NCBI GenBank assembly: GCA_965113315.1
Contig: OZ220365.1
Length of the DNA: 64,000 bases
Source: Podarcis vaucheri
Lineage: Eukaryota
Strand: one strand, 5' to 3'
The notes under the pieces are model-generated. The model made no database searches. It was not told the origin of the DNA and saw only the letters and a program-made list of their open reading frames with translations. The position numbers and the translations under genes are program-made. Each line of letters begins with the position of its first letter. The first letter of the stretch is position 1. Positions 1 to 36,332 of this stretch are shown piece after piece.

Positions 1-678
1 GAGCTTTATCTGAGCTGCAGAATATCCTAGTTTCACATACAACCAACGCAGCACATAGTGGGCTGAATTAAGGGAATGGACTAAATTAAAGGAGTGAGAA
101 ATGTATCGATTGCTTGGCTTATTGACTGATGGAGTGATTTATTGCAGTCCTCAGGTTTTTTAAAAGTTATTAATAGCACACATGTTGTGTTCTGGCTGTC
201 TCCTTATAGATTAGTTAAGTAGGCTGTTTGTATATGACCTGTGTTAAAATCCCGCTTCAGCTAGAAAATCACTTGAGCAGGCTTTGGCAAATTGCTATAA
301 TTCTCCCACCCCATCCGGTTTATCCCTGCCTCTGCTTCCCTAAAAGGCTCTCTTTTGTCTGTCTGGGTCAAATTATAGACGACTAAACATTCTTGGTTAT
401 GGACCATTCCTTCTGCATTCTGTGAAGTGCCACGAACATTGATGGTGCGATCATAATCTCTATCATTATCATTACTTCAAAGATATTGGTGTGTATGTTC
501 AAATCACACCCCTGGGTGATGCTAGTTGGCGGGTGATGCCAGTTTTCCTCACAGTTAAAAGTGCAAAAACAACAACAAATACATCCTTCAAATACATTGT
601 GCTGTTTGTAATCTTTAAAAAATAACCCTGCAAAGAAGGCCAGCACTATAGTACACTGTATTGTATACAGGGCTTCAG

Positions 679-977
679 CCTGAGGTCCAGCTCCAAGGGC
701 CTTCTGGCAGTTCCCTCATTTCAAGAAGTGAAGTTACAGAGCCAGGCAGAGGGCCTTCTTGGTAGTGACACCTGCCCTGTGGAACACCATCCTGCCAGAT
801 GTCAAAGAGATAAACAAGTATACGACCTTCTGTAGACATCTGAAGGCAGCCCTGTATTGGGAAACTTTTAATGTCTGGTGCATCATATGTTTTTTATATT
901 CTGTTGGAAGCCACCCAGAGTAGCTGGGGCAACCCAATCAGATGGGCTGAGTACAATAAAGTTATTATTATTATTAT
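679..977 (+). mobile_element. L2-clade LINE 3' fragment with (TTA)n tail
   Basis: Degenerate ORF2 end of the RAFSVVAPALWN...RHLKAAL type, then AATAAA and (TTA)n. Same family recurs at 3517-3710 and 20728-21008. Confidence 0.75.
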
Positions 978-1095
978 AGATGGGGAGCTGAGGGTGAGAG
1001 AGAGTATCTGGCCTAAGGCCATCTAGTTGAGTTCATCACAGTAATGAAATTTGGTCTTGCTTCTAGGGACTAGATAAGGAACCGCTAGGACTAGA

Positions 1096-1283
1096 CCAAT
1101 CAATCAATTTCTTTATTCGACCGATAGTCAGAATTAAAACATTACACAATAATTATAAACTATAAACTATAACATCATAGGAGATACATAAGTAAGGTAG
1201 GGCCACAGAACTAGACCTCTCACAGATAACCCACATCAAAGCATTCAGTTATACGTTTCCGACACTTGAGTGCCAGGAAACTT
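1096..1283 (-). mobile_element. Short 3' end of a non-LTR retrotransposon (RTE-X-like)
   Basis: Minus strand reads FLALKCRKRITECFDVGYL*, then AATAAA and a (TTGA)n tail. It is flanked by the direct repeat CTAGGACTAGA (1085-1095, 1284-1294). Family assignment is tentative. Confidence 0.55.
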
Positions 1284-1464
1284 CTAGGACTAGATCTAGG
1301 ACCTAGGACCTAGACAGCATCTTAAAAATCAGAGACATCACCTTGCCAACAAAGGTCCATATAGTTAAAGCTATGGTTTTCCCAGTAGTGATGTATGGAA
1401 GTGAGAGCTGGACCATAAAAGAAGGCTGATGGCTGAAGAATTGATGCTTTTGAATTATGGTGCT

Positions 1465-1598
1465 NNNNNNNNNNNNNNNNNNNNNNNNNNNNNNNNNNNN
1501 NNNNNNNNNNNNNNNNNNNNNNNNNNNNNNNNNNNNNNNNNNNNNNNNNNNNNNNNNNNNNNNNNNNNNNNNNNNNNNNNNNNNNNNNNNNNNNNNNN
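1465..1598. other. Assembly gap (134 N)
   Basis: Run of n. Confidence 1.
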
Positions 1599-1818
1599 CG
1601 CTTTATCACTACCCAAAGGAGTCTCAAAGCAGCTAACATTCTCCTTTCCCTTCCTCCCCCACAACAAACACTCTGTGAGGTGAGTGGGGCTGAGAGACTT
1701 CAAAGAAGTGTGACTAGCCCACGGTCACCCAGCAGCTGCATGTGGAGGAGCGGAGACGCGAACCCGGTTCCCTAGATTTCGAGTCTACCGCTCTTAACCA
1801 CTACACCACACTGGCTCT
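1599..1818 (-). mobile_element. tRNA-derived CORE SINE (Squam3-like) inserted in BovB
   Basis: Reverse complement has an A box (TGGTGTAGTGG), a B-box-like GGTTCGCGTC and a CORE-like GTGACC.TGGGCTAGTCAC. Near-identical to 13267-13503. Confidence 0.8.
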
Positions 1819-3023
1819 CTTGAGAGTCCCATGGACTGCAAGAAGATCAAACCTCTCCATTCTTAAGGAAATCAGCCCTGAGTGCTCACTGGAAGGACAG
1901 ATCCTGAGGCTGAGGCTCCAATACTTTGGCCATCTCATGAGAAGAGAAGAGTCCCTGTAAAAGACCCTGATGTTGGGAAAGATTGAGGGCACAAGGAGAA
2001 GGGGACGACAGAGGACGAGATGGTTGGATAGTGTTCTCGAAGCTACCAGCATGAGTTTGACCAAACTGTGGGAGGCAGTGGAAGACAGGGGTGCCTGGCG
2101 TGCTCTGGTCCATGGAGTCACAAAGAGTTGGACACAACTAAACAACTAAACAACAACAAGGACTAGATCAGGCCCACAAGCAACCAAATGGCCATTCCTC
2201 ATCTTAACAAACCAACTAATCAAGCACACATTAAATTTCATTACTTTGTTAAAAATTACAAAGAAGCTGCATGTTTGTGTTGCAGGACTAATTTCCCCTC
2301 TTGGACACACACAACTTGCACTTCTGCCTTGGAATCCTGAAGGAGTCTTTTGCATAGTTCTTAAAAGCAAGAGTCTTGCGATAGGAGAAATGTGGAGGCG
2401 TGATAATAGGCTCTCAAATCCCTGCTCCTATTACTACACCAGGTTCACTCCATCAGCTTTCCCTCCACCCCTTGCACACAGCAAAGTAACTTATCTGTTG
2501 GAATAGATATAGAGCTGAAACTACAGTACAAGTACTGCAGTACTGTGTTAATCTGCCCAGAGTCAAGAACATGCTGTGGGAACTCTCATGCCCAGCTCCA
2601 ATTACTTTTTCAAAGTAACTTTTTGCATTTCCAATTAATTCTAGTCTTGTACTTTCCCCCCTAGGCATGTAATGCTCCCACAGGAACTTGAAAGGTTAAA
2701 ACAAGGACTTGATGGATGAGTTTGGAATCCACAAAATGTTAGTTGCCCCCTTTAAAACACTCTCAAGGGCAGGAAAGGACCAGAAAATTAGTAAAGAAAA
2801 CTAGGTCTAAAACCCTTCCAAAATTCTTCTCCCAAATATTTATTTATTCTGTGCTCCATGTGAATCAGATCACATGCGTCACTAATATTGATGGGCACTA
2901 GAGTCCACACACTTTCTGCAAGAGCCCCGTTTCAGTTTTCTACACTGGGGAGAACTAAGGCATTTCTGTGGAAGGCAAATTAAGAGCTAGACACAACTTT
3001 CATGCAGTTTGGTCCTGCACTAC

Positions 3024-3057
<34 letters not shown>
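3024..3057. repeat. (GTT)n microsatellite
   Basis: Direct reading. Confidence 0.95.
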
Positions 3058-3058
<1 letters not shown>

Positions 3059-3462
3059 TCTTTTGCAAATAGCTGGCAAAAACCCTACCCCACACCCTGA
3101 GTCTGATAGGGACCTGAGTCTATAGCCTTGCACCTGGTATTTTCAATGGGAGGAAATCCCTTATTGACACTAATGAGGCCTTTCCTTCACTTGCAAACTT
3201 CAAGGGAGGGCTGAATCGAATCAGGTCCATTGCAGGGGGAAAGGGTTAAAGCCCTCTCCTCCTCCCATGTCATGGTTCTGATCCAGCTCAGGGGAGGGGA
3301 TATACCACTCATTTCTATAGCAAACAACAGCTTTACATGAAGCCCAAAGTACCTGACAAATGCCACATCTGCTTTGGCCCTGTGGGGTATAAAAAGAAAT
3401 GCATTGTAAGAGTATTTGTGATGGTTACTTCTTCTTTTCTTTTCTTTTTTTTGGTACCTAGA

Positions 3463-3480
3463 ATAATAATAATAATAATA

Positions 3481-3523
<43 letters not shown>

Positions 3524-3710
3524 ATATATACCCCACCTATTTGGCTGGGTTTCCCCAGCCACTCTGGGCGGCTCCCAACTGAATATTAAAAACATAATAC
3601 AGCATTAAACATTAAAAGCTTTCCTAAACAGGGCTGCCTTCAGATGTCTTTTAAAAGTAAGATAGTTGCTTGACATCTGATGGGAGGGCGTTCCACAGGG
3701 CAGGTGCCAC
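3463..3710 (-). mobile_element. L2-clade LINE 3' fragment with (AAT)n(ATT)n tail
   Basis: Reverse complement of the family at 679-977 and 20728-21008. Confidence 0.75.
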
Positions 3711-3895
3711 TACCTACATCCATGGGCTCCTGGTTGAAATTTAAAATCTTTCACAACTAAATGGGCCATCATGCACTCTGGGGTACTAGAGGAAGTTTTA
3801 CATGCTGGGAGGCTCTCAGACCCAGCACCCAGGGTTGGCACTAGTGTGGTCCCTGCTGTGGCCCTGGCAGCTCTCTGAGGAAGTTGAGTGCTGAC

Positions 3896-3897
<2 letters not shown>

Positions 3898-3934
<37 letters not shown>
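3898..3934. repeat. (TG)n microsatellite
   Basis: Direct reading. Confidence 0.95.
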
Positions 3935-3939
<5 letters not shown>

Positions 3940-4559
3940 GAGATATAAGGAAGAAGAACCACATGCATTCCTTTTTTATATATATAATAATTTGCATTCC
4001 AAAATAAATGTGGTTGCAAATAACATCCATGATGGTGCAGCAAGGAGTGAGGCAGTTCCAATCTTCCACAGGGTCAATGGATGCCTCTAGTTGTGGCAAG
4101 CTGTGATATCATTCAACAGTGACACTTATCTCTGAGGTTGAGCGCCTTTGTGGGATGGTGCCTGCTGTGCCCCGTGATCTGACATGGGACATGGGACCTC
4201 TGGAATGTGTTTTCCCAGGCCAGCGCAACACCAAATTGGCCTCGTGCCAGCCTGGAGAGTGGATTCCAGCCTGACTGACACTTGGCTAATCACCGACTGT
4301 TGGTGTGTGCACAGCACCCCTCCCATACACCTTGCCTTGGCAGTCACTCTGTGGTGGTCTCCCTAAGCAGCACAGCACAGAACTCCATGGGCCCTAACCA
4401 TCCATCAGCACTTGATTGCCTGCCTCATATGAACTACAAGTATTACATCGCCTCCTATCTTAATTTCAAAGCTGAAAAGAAACCCCAGCTTCAGACTGAG
4501 CGGCGTAGAAGTAACCAGAGCTCTTAGTGCAAATTGCTTTTCAAGGTGCACTCAGATGA

Positions 4560-28619
<24,060 letters not shown>

Positions 28620-31600
28620 GAACAAGGCCAACTCGCCCCACCAGGGCCCCCGGAAAACATCCCATCCTTTTGGCTCTCTTCCTGTGGGACTCGTAAGCCT
28701 TGGTGCAAACATCGGCGTCACCCAAACAAGCACGAGCGCAGAACGAGATGCCCTTCTGTAATGTGCCAATGCGCTCTGAAGTGCCACCCTTGGAAGCTCT
28801 GCTTTTCGAACCTGCAAGAAGCTTCCGTTTGTCAGAGCGCGCACACCCCTTACACACACACTCGAAACACCCGAGGACAACAGTCAGTATTATCTGCAAG
28901 GCCCCACTCTCAGTTGCATAAAGTCATCTGCATGGTTGTTCTCTGTGCCCTTCCCTGTGCGCTGCTTCCTTCTCTGTTGTTTATGTGCCGTTTCAAGACT
29001 CACTGTCAGAGAGTTTAATGTCCGGGGATTTCCCTGTACTGCCAGATGCAGCGTCAGGGAAATCCCTCTTGCTGCCAGAGATTTGAGGAGAGGATGGGGA
29101 AATGTTGCACTCTCGCTGAATTTCAAAATCAGATAAACGTGGACTCCCAAGGGGCATGTACCCAAACAGTAACTCAGCTCCAACATGGCCCTTCCACAAG
29201 CATGCACAACTATTGTGGTACTCTTAAGGGTAGCAGAAACACATTTGCTTCCACGCCTTTGGTCTACAAGATGGAAACTACAGGAATTTAAGGAGCATGG
29301 TGAAAGTCAGTGATTTAGTTTGATTGAAAAGGTGATGCCCCCTCCCCCTTTTCTCTGTTGTGGTTGTGGGACGCCAAGGGTCAAATACTTAATCCTCCGT
29401 GTTGTAGTTGGTTATGCCACATGCTAGAGGATAAGATTATCAAGGTGGTAAGAGTCAGGTTGTTCAACAATGAAATCACCGCTATTGTGCTTCAGTTAAT
29501 ACTATGGGGCAGAGTTTAGACAAACAGAAAGTAGTCGATTGCCGTGGTGTGTGCTGACTCCCATTTTTTCCCAGTGAATAAGGATATGATTTTATTTAGT
29601 ATTAGAATTGCATTGCCGAACATGGCACTGTAGGAGATGCGCCAAAGCAAGTGTGTTTTAACAAACGTTTTAGAACAACCACAGTAGCCAACTCTCTAAG
29701 TCATTGTTTTGACATGAGTCAATATCCACACAGAGAAAAATCAGGACTTGAGCATATGATGTAAAAATTACTTGCCAACTTCAGTGCATTCTCAGACTCA
29801 AACATACCATCAATCCATGCTTCAGCATATTTCACAGCTTATCTTATCATGCTATCGGAACTGAAACAGTCTGTCAAAATATCCTGCAATGAACTGGGGC
29901 CCAGAATTGCTCTTGCTTGAGCACAGGCAGCAGAAAGAAAGGCATTAGTGGAGAGGGTAATGCCTGTGATTCTATTGCATAACCATGGTGCCACAAATTA
30001 GGAGACCACACCACTATTGCAGTTGACCACTAATAATCCTTGTTTCCCCACTGACACTTTGAGGCAATAGATCACCCCCATGGAAGCTGTATATATGGGA
30101 ATACAAACCTCATGCTCACATTCGTTCCCATGAGCAGAGCAAACGAGGAGGAAGCTTGGTTTGTGTCTCTTGCCTCACTCAAGAACTTATAGCTACTAAA
30201 TAAATGCAGGTGCAATCCTGTACACGATTGCACTGCATAAGGCTCATCGATTCAATTGGAATTGATGTATAAATGAAGAAATCTGACCTTCCTGAGTGAT
30301 AGAGAAAAGAGATCCACATTCCACAGATACTTGTTTTCTGGAGGAGCAGTAAATCAATGGGGAATGGCCTTGAATCCTTAGCTGCAAATTACAGTTGGAC
30401 AAATCTAATCATGGATCCCCATTGTACAGTAATGTGTCTTGCTCCCATCACGGGACAACCAAGAACTTTGAAGTGCAGCTCAAACAGATAAAAGTATTGG
30501 GCCTACTTCCAGCCGTCACAGCCACTGAAGGTATTTATATATTTTTTCTTGAGTTCATAAGGCTGCTATAAAAAATGCTTCATTTGAAAAAAGTGTGCCT
30601 GCTCACCGAATCGGAGGCAGTGTTCAGTTCATTATAGTTTGGTGGATGCTGTGCCTGAAAGTCCCACTTGCTCACAGCAGGGAGCATGTTATACTGTCTC
30701 TGATGACCCCAAGGGGCAATTAAAAAGTACAACTTAACACGCTGTAAGATACCTGAGCTTAAAAGAATGGTCATCTGCTAAAACAGCCAAGTTCCTGTGC
30801 TGTTATTACAATCCACTGCAGATTGGCTGGTTCATGTGCGTGATTAACATCAAGGCACAATGCAGAGCCTCGCAGTCCAACCCACTCCTGGAAGAAAAAG
30901 CACTAGCCAGGAGCTTCTCCAGTACAGCATCCTTTTGTGTTACAGCTGTGGGGGAAAGCTCATGAAAAGCTTCCTTAAAAACAGACCTCCCCCCCCCCCC
31001 CGCGCATCACCACCACCCAAAGTAGAGGAATATGAATGGCAACCTTAGAAGCATAGAATGAGCTATGTCTTATACCATTACTTGTTTGTGAAGGTTCTAC
31101 GCCACATTTGTAGCATGTCACAACTCTCAGCAGTAGAGCTACTTATCCAGGGTCTTTCATTAGGGAAATGAAACTAAATCCTGTTACACACCCAGCAGAG
31201 GTGTGCAATAAAAGATTTCAGTCACAATACTGTAAAATAGCTCGTAGTATTTATACTTGGTGAGATAAAGCTTACCATCACATATGCTTTGTTAGCGGAG
31301 GCACAGACGGAGGTTTCCGTATCACCAGAAATAAATGGAAACACTGGCAGAGGCAGGCTTTGCTCCTTAAACGACACCACCTAGGCAGAAGCCGTTTCCA
31401 TGACTTTACCATGAGTTAGGCAGCAAGGAGTATGAAACAGCTGGAGCACCATCGCTGCTTTCTAAATGTATTTTTATTTCCCAGTGCCTGATCAGAGACT
31501 CACATTGATTGCACAACATTAAAATCTTAATAGAGACTATACAGGAGAGCAAAATCACGGGCTTTCAGCAGTTCCAGTGCAATGTTCACTTCAGCGTCTG

Positions 31601-32647
31601 TGTTTGGCCTTTTATAGCACCAGAGATTAGCCAGGAGACACAATGGAGCTTTTGAGACAAGAAAACTATGAGCAGAAACTGCCTCCCAAAGTTATTTACC
31701 CTATTTGTGGGCAGCAAATGTAGGAAGGTCATTTATCCTAAAGCAATTGAGGCAGGGAGGTAGAACTGGCCCAGGAGGTATCAAAGGGTATGCAAGGAAA
31801 AGGTTTGGTTTGGTTTGGTTCACTCACCTAACCCTAACCCTAAAAGAGGAGGACTGGAAGACAGCCCATTACTTCCTTCAAGCGTCATGATTTAGGGGAG
31901 TCTGCAAAAGACAACTCTCCACAAACCTGTCAGAAAATTATTTTCTCTTAGAGGTTTTAGGCCAACTCTCATCTAAGAATTGACTCTGCTTCCTGTGACG
32001 TTAGAAATGTGGGAAGAGTCCCATATGCTCAAGTGCAAAATACAGTCCGTTGATTTGAGTAGCCAATGAGTGCATTTTCTCACCCAATCCAGTGCAGGAG
32101 GACTCAAAAGCAACCCCCAGCTCAGCTTTTGTGGGGCTTGCCTCCAAGTGAGCATAGGAGTGCAGCACCATCGAACGTCCCTCACACTTGCTTCCTTTCC
32201 CCATAAGGATGCAGAAGTTCAAAATGAAGTGGTTTTGGTGGAGCATTTCCCAGTCATTTTTCAGTGCATGACTAGGTACGGCAGCTGTATGCCAAGACTT
32301 TCCTTTTATGTGTCTGCTCATACAGGTGAGGCCACCAGATACGTCTAAACCGTGAGCAAGTACTACCTTTTCAGTGTCCTTTCACAGCTCCGTCACCTCA
32401 CCCACGGAAGTCTCAACGGAGTTATGTCTGAACCTTCTGTACCCAGCCTCTCCTTCTGTATCAAGGCTTTGTCATTAGGAATGTGTGTCACATCTGTACA
32501 GAAGCTTATGCAACATTGCTCATAAATCAAGGGCCTATGCGTTTCAGGGATCCTTCTCAAGATAAAATGCTAATATATGATCATTAAGTATTTTGTATTG
32601 TATTTGTATTGTAATCAAGTGTAGTGAAGCTAAAGGCATGAAGACAA

Positions 32648-32653
32648 AATAAA
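32648..32653 (+). terminator. Candidate distal ALK polyadenylation signal AATAAA
   Basis: AATAAA preceded by a UGUA/U-rich tract (tattttgtattgtatttgtattgtaa) typical of mRNA 3' ends. Other AATAAA hexamers lie upstream (30199, 31207, 31329). Confidence 0.45.
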
Positions 32654-33684
32654 ATGACTGTAAAGGAAAGCATGCGCCTGGCTGCGTATTCTCTCTACAA
32701 TGTCTCACCAAACCAAGGAGGCTTTTAATTCAGCACATGAACTGCTAAGCTTGGCCAGGGGGTAAAATGCAAGTGATCATTTAGCACGACAAGATTAACT
32801 AAAGTCCCATTTTGACTCCCAAAGTCATGCAAAGTTCTTGTTGAACTAGAATGAAAGTTACCCAGGCTACCTGGCGGAGGTGACAAATTTTCTATACTGG
32901 TTACAGAACAATTAATTGAGATGGGGAGGTACAGCTCTTCTAAATGCACCACTAATATCCTTTTAAGGCTTGGCTGATCATTAGGGTAAGTTGGATTTCA
33001 CTCCAGAGAAGCTCTTCTTGTTAATATTTCTGTCCACCCTTCCTAATAAATGAGCCCAGCACATCAACCCCCAAAGTGGTAAAGGAATTCAATCAAAAAT
33101 AAAACATTGTTATCTAAAAACATTTAAAAAGCCACATAGCTTCACAGGCAATAATTTCAAGGTTGCCAGGAACCGTATCTTTCACCCATCAAATACCTGG
33201 GTGAACAGGGATGTTTTTCAGATCATCCTGAAAGTTAATTATCAGGGAGAACACACCTCACTAGGGATGGCATTCTGCAAACGGGGAGCTGCCACTGAGA
33301 GGACCCTGTCAACAAAGAGCCCTACATTATACTGGCACCGGGTTCCTGGGTTAATAAAGTAGTTACCTTTTTCTATATTCAGTTCATTTTATCCCTTGGT
33401 GACTATGCATGGCCTACTGGTATATTCATTTCCTTTCTAATATACAGCAGAACTCATTCTGCAAGCAGTCCTTCTTAATACTGAAGCCATGTAGATTTTA
33501 TGCTGATAGTTTGGGCAGACATGATCTGCAAGAGCAAATAGGAAAAATGAGGCAGTTCATATTAGCGCAATATTTTTTCTTTCAATGGTACCAATGTTAA
33601 CCTTGTAAGTCACAATCCCTAGAGGAAGAGGAGGGCAAAAGAAAGATACCATCCGACCAATACATAGGGAATGCACAAAACATT

Positions 33685-33690
33685 TTTATG
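33685..33690 (-). terminator. Candidate CLIP4 polyadenylation signal (variant CATAAA)
   Basis: Lies at the end of an AU-rich tract running about 2.3 kb past the CLIP4 stop, followed on the - strand by U-rich sequence. An ATTAAA near 34031-34036 is an alternative. Confidence 0.3.
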
Positions 33691-36010
33691 TTCAAAATCA
33701 GCATGTCTGTAGAGTACATCAATATATTACAAACATAAAAGGTGTTTAAAACATCTGTTTTGTTATATTACAGCTGCTGCTTTCTATCCTAAATGCATAA
33801 TGTGCAAGTTAACATTATAAGAAAGCGATTCAAAAAAAGGATACTCGGTCAGTGATAGCTCAGTTTTCTTAAAAGCAACAGGCATCGTTAAAACCAAACG
33901 ACCATTAACAGCACTCTCATTTAAAAATACATTTAAACACCCAAGGAAACAGATGTCAGACATGGCAAGATTCAGTGCATCAAGGTGCATCTGGGTCCTC
34001 AAATGCATTTCTGCAGTTTTCAGATGGCTTTTAATTAAGAACAAGTTTATAATCACAGCTTACAACCATTGCCCTTAGTTTTAAAATACCTATTAGCTAT
34101 AAAGCAATATTGCAGCTTCGTCGTGCTTAATGTAGATCAGGGGGAAATGGTTCTAGCAATGTTTAAAAATATTATCTATACACTTTTATAGACAGCTAGA
34201 ATGTGGTTTTACTTTTGAGTGCAATTTGACAAGATACCTTGGCCAGGATTCAACTAATGAGTCCCACTAGTGGAAGGCTGTGCAAGGACTGCTGTTAGCA
34301 CAAGGGAGGCAGTTACCATAACACTACACTGAATTCTTCCCCTTATTTTCAAGGATGAAGCCACTTAGTGACTTCTGTGGCTTTTAAATTATCTGAATCC
34401 ATTTAATAGGGGTTCAAAATATGTCATAACAATTAAAATAAGATATATTTTTTAACAATACAATTTATAAATTTATAATCACTTATTTAAAGAGAAGCAT
34501 AGTGCAGTAAAATAATCATGTTTTTAAAGTTTTTTTTTAATTTCAAGGTACATCATGCTTCTAGGCAACAATGCAGCAACTACATTATATAAAAATGGCA
34601 AGGGCTTCAACACCTAGCACTGTGACAAGCTTTTCCTAAGGTTGGCGTCTACAGTGATACAGAATTCTTATTGCACATGGGATATTTGGGATTCAAGCAC
34701 CGAAATATAGGTCTCTCTTAAATGTTCTGCCCAGAGCCAGGAAGTGGTGGCCTGTGGGCAAGATGGTCAGCTGCCATATGGCCTAACTCAACCTGCAGTG
34801 GCTTGGCATAGTAAGGCAAGCTAAAGGTTCCAGGTCAACCAGGTGACGGTTCTAGAGGAAGAGGAAACTTGAACCTGCAACAATCATGGAATCTCCCATA
34901 GGCTTTCTACAAGCTTCTCCTCCCAGAAGACTAAACTAGGGTGTTTTAACCAAGAACACTGTCAAAAATCAGAAGGAAGAAAGGCTCCCTCATCACCTAC
35001 CCATGAGTGGGCACGTTTCCTAGAGGAGGAGGTGGTGCAAATCCATGCACACATTATCTTAAACCCAATACTGTTACCTCACCTTAAAATGACCCGTTGG
35101 CCAATCTGATTGCTGGCTGGAGAGCTTTGCTGAAGGGCATTTGATGCACGCAAAACGTTGCAGTGTTACAGGCTTCAGTCTTGACTAACAAAATAATTTC
35201 TCCAGAACTTGAGTGGGGAAACTCTTCAGAAAGGAGAAATAAAAGTGCATTAATACTTGTTCCAATGGCATTTTTGGAAAGTGCTTCTGGCATGCTGCTG
35301 CCTTTAAAATACACACGCATGTCCATTATACAGTATATCTCTATATACTGTAACAAAAAGTGCTTTTACTATTTACCTGAAGATATTTGTGCTGCTTTAT
35401 TCTTTTTTCCCTTTCTTCTATTCAGGATGCTTCTGTATGTAGCATGGAAGAAGCACATTTTTTTCTCTTTTCAACTGGTTGCTTTGTGCTTGGAGGATCT
35501 GTCTGGATAATAAGCTACCTGTCTCACAACATTTCCCCCCTAAATACTGTCACTTCCCTCCCTCTTTATTGCTATTTTTTCCCCAAAGAAAGTGAAGACT
35601 GTTTAGCAGGTTGACAAATCCTGCTGCTTGTTTAACAAGCTCGGCGATCTCAAGTCACTTTACAGCTTCATTAGAATGTGGGATGGAAACATCATTTGTA
35701 AAGCAGCAAAGCATGTCAACATGGAGCCAGATAAAAAACAGATTATTCAAATAACAGGACTGCTCAACCCCAAGTTGTTTTTTTAGTATGTAAGCAGCTT
35801 TCGGGTGAGGACCGTTCTGTAGGGGAAGCTATTAAGATTTCATTCCTCAAGAGTCATAATGCAACTCCAATCTGGCTAGAGCTGTGCAAGTGTTATACAA
35901 ATGCAGTTTTAGGACTTTGGGTAAGGCAGAACTTCATGCAGGCGATGGCAGGATTGTCTTGTGTGCTTTATTTCTTATGCCCTCATCTCAAGTGCTAGAG
36001 GAGTTTGCTT

Positions 36011-36332
36011 TCAGCAGATATCATCCACAAGTTTTGCACCGTTGATCCCTCGGTAAGTGACTCGGCTCGGCCGCACCAAGACTCCATAATTTGGCTTGCA
36101 AGTAAAGTACCGCTTGTCACCCACGGAGCCGTCATTCTTGCCTTTGGCACTTCGGAGTTCCAGGCCAAGCCAGATGCCTGGAGCAAAGTCTGTCGGCCCA
36201 ATGTAGCGAATGATGCCCATCTCACTGGAGCTGCTCAGGAGGACCTGGGAGCCTTCATGAAGCTTGACGGGCCCCTCAGCGCTGGCCGTAGTGGTGCTGC
36301 TCCAGCTGCGCCGCAGGGAAGCATTTTTTGAC
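36011..36332 (-). CDS. CLIP4: CLIP4 exon 16 coding part (CAP-Gly 3, stop TGA)
   Basis: SKNASLRRSWSST...EMGIIRYIGPTDFAPGIWLGLELRSAKGKNDGSVGDKRYFTCKPNYGVLVRPSRVTYRGINGAKLVDDIC*. Confidence 0.96.

Larger units (their letters stand above)
1308..2158 (+). mobile_element. BovB (RTE) LINE, 5'-truncated, interrupted by a SINE and an assembly gap
   Basis: DITLPTKVHIVKAMVFPVVMYGSESWTIK and LRVPWTARRSN.SILKEISPECSLEGQIL.LRLQYFGHLMRRE are BovB ORF C-terminal motifs. (CAA)n tail; TSD AGGACTAGATC at 1286-1296 and 2159-2169. Confidence 0.92.

Noticed and set aside
4305-4370. PIHLALAVT/SVVVSL peptides faintly resembling the ALK transmembrane exon 19
   Set aside because: The similarity is split across frames, one frame stops early, and there is no suitable donor or full hydrophobic helix. 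Exon 19 must lie upstream of the window.
31802-31843. (GGTTT)4 followed by about three CCCTAA units, a possible interstitial telomeric repeat
   Set aside because: Too short to distinguish from ordinary low-complexity sequence.
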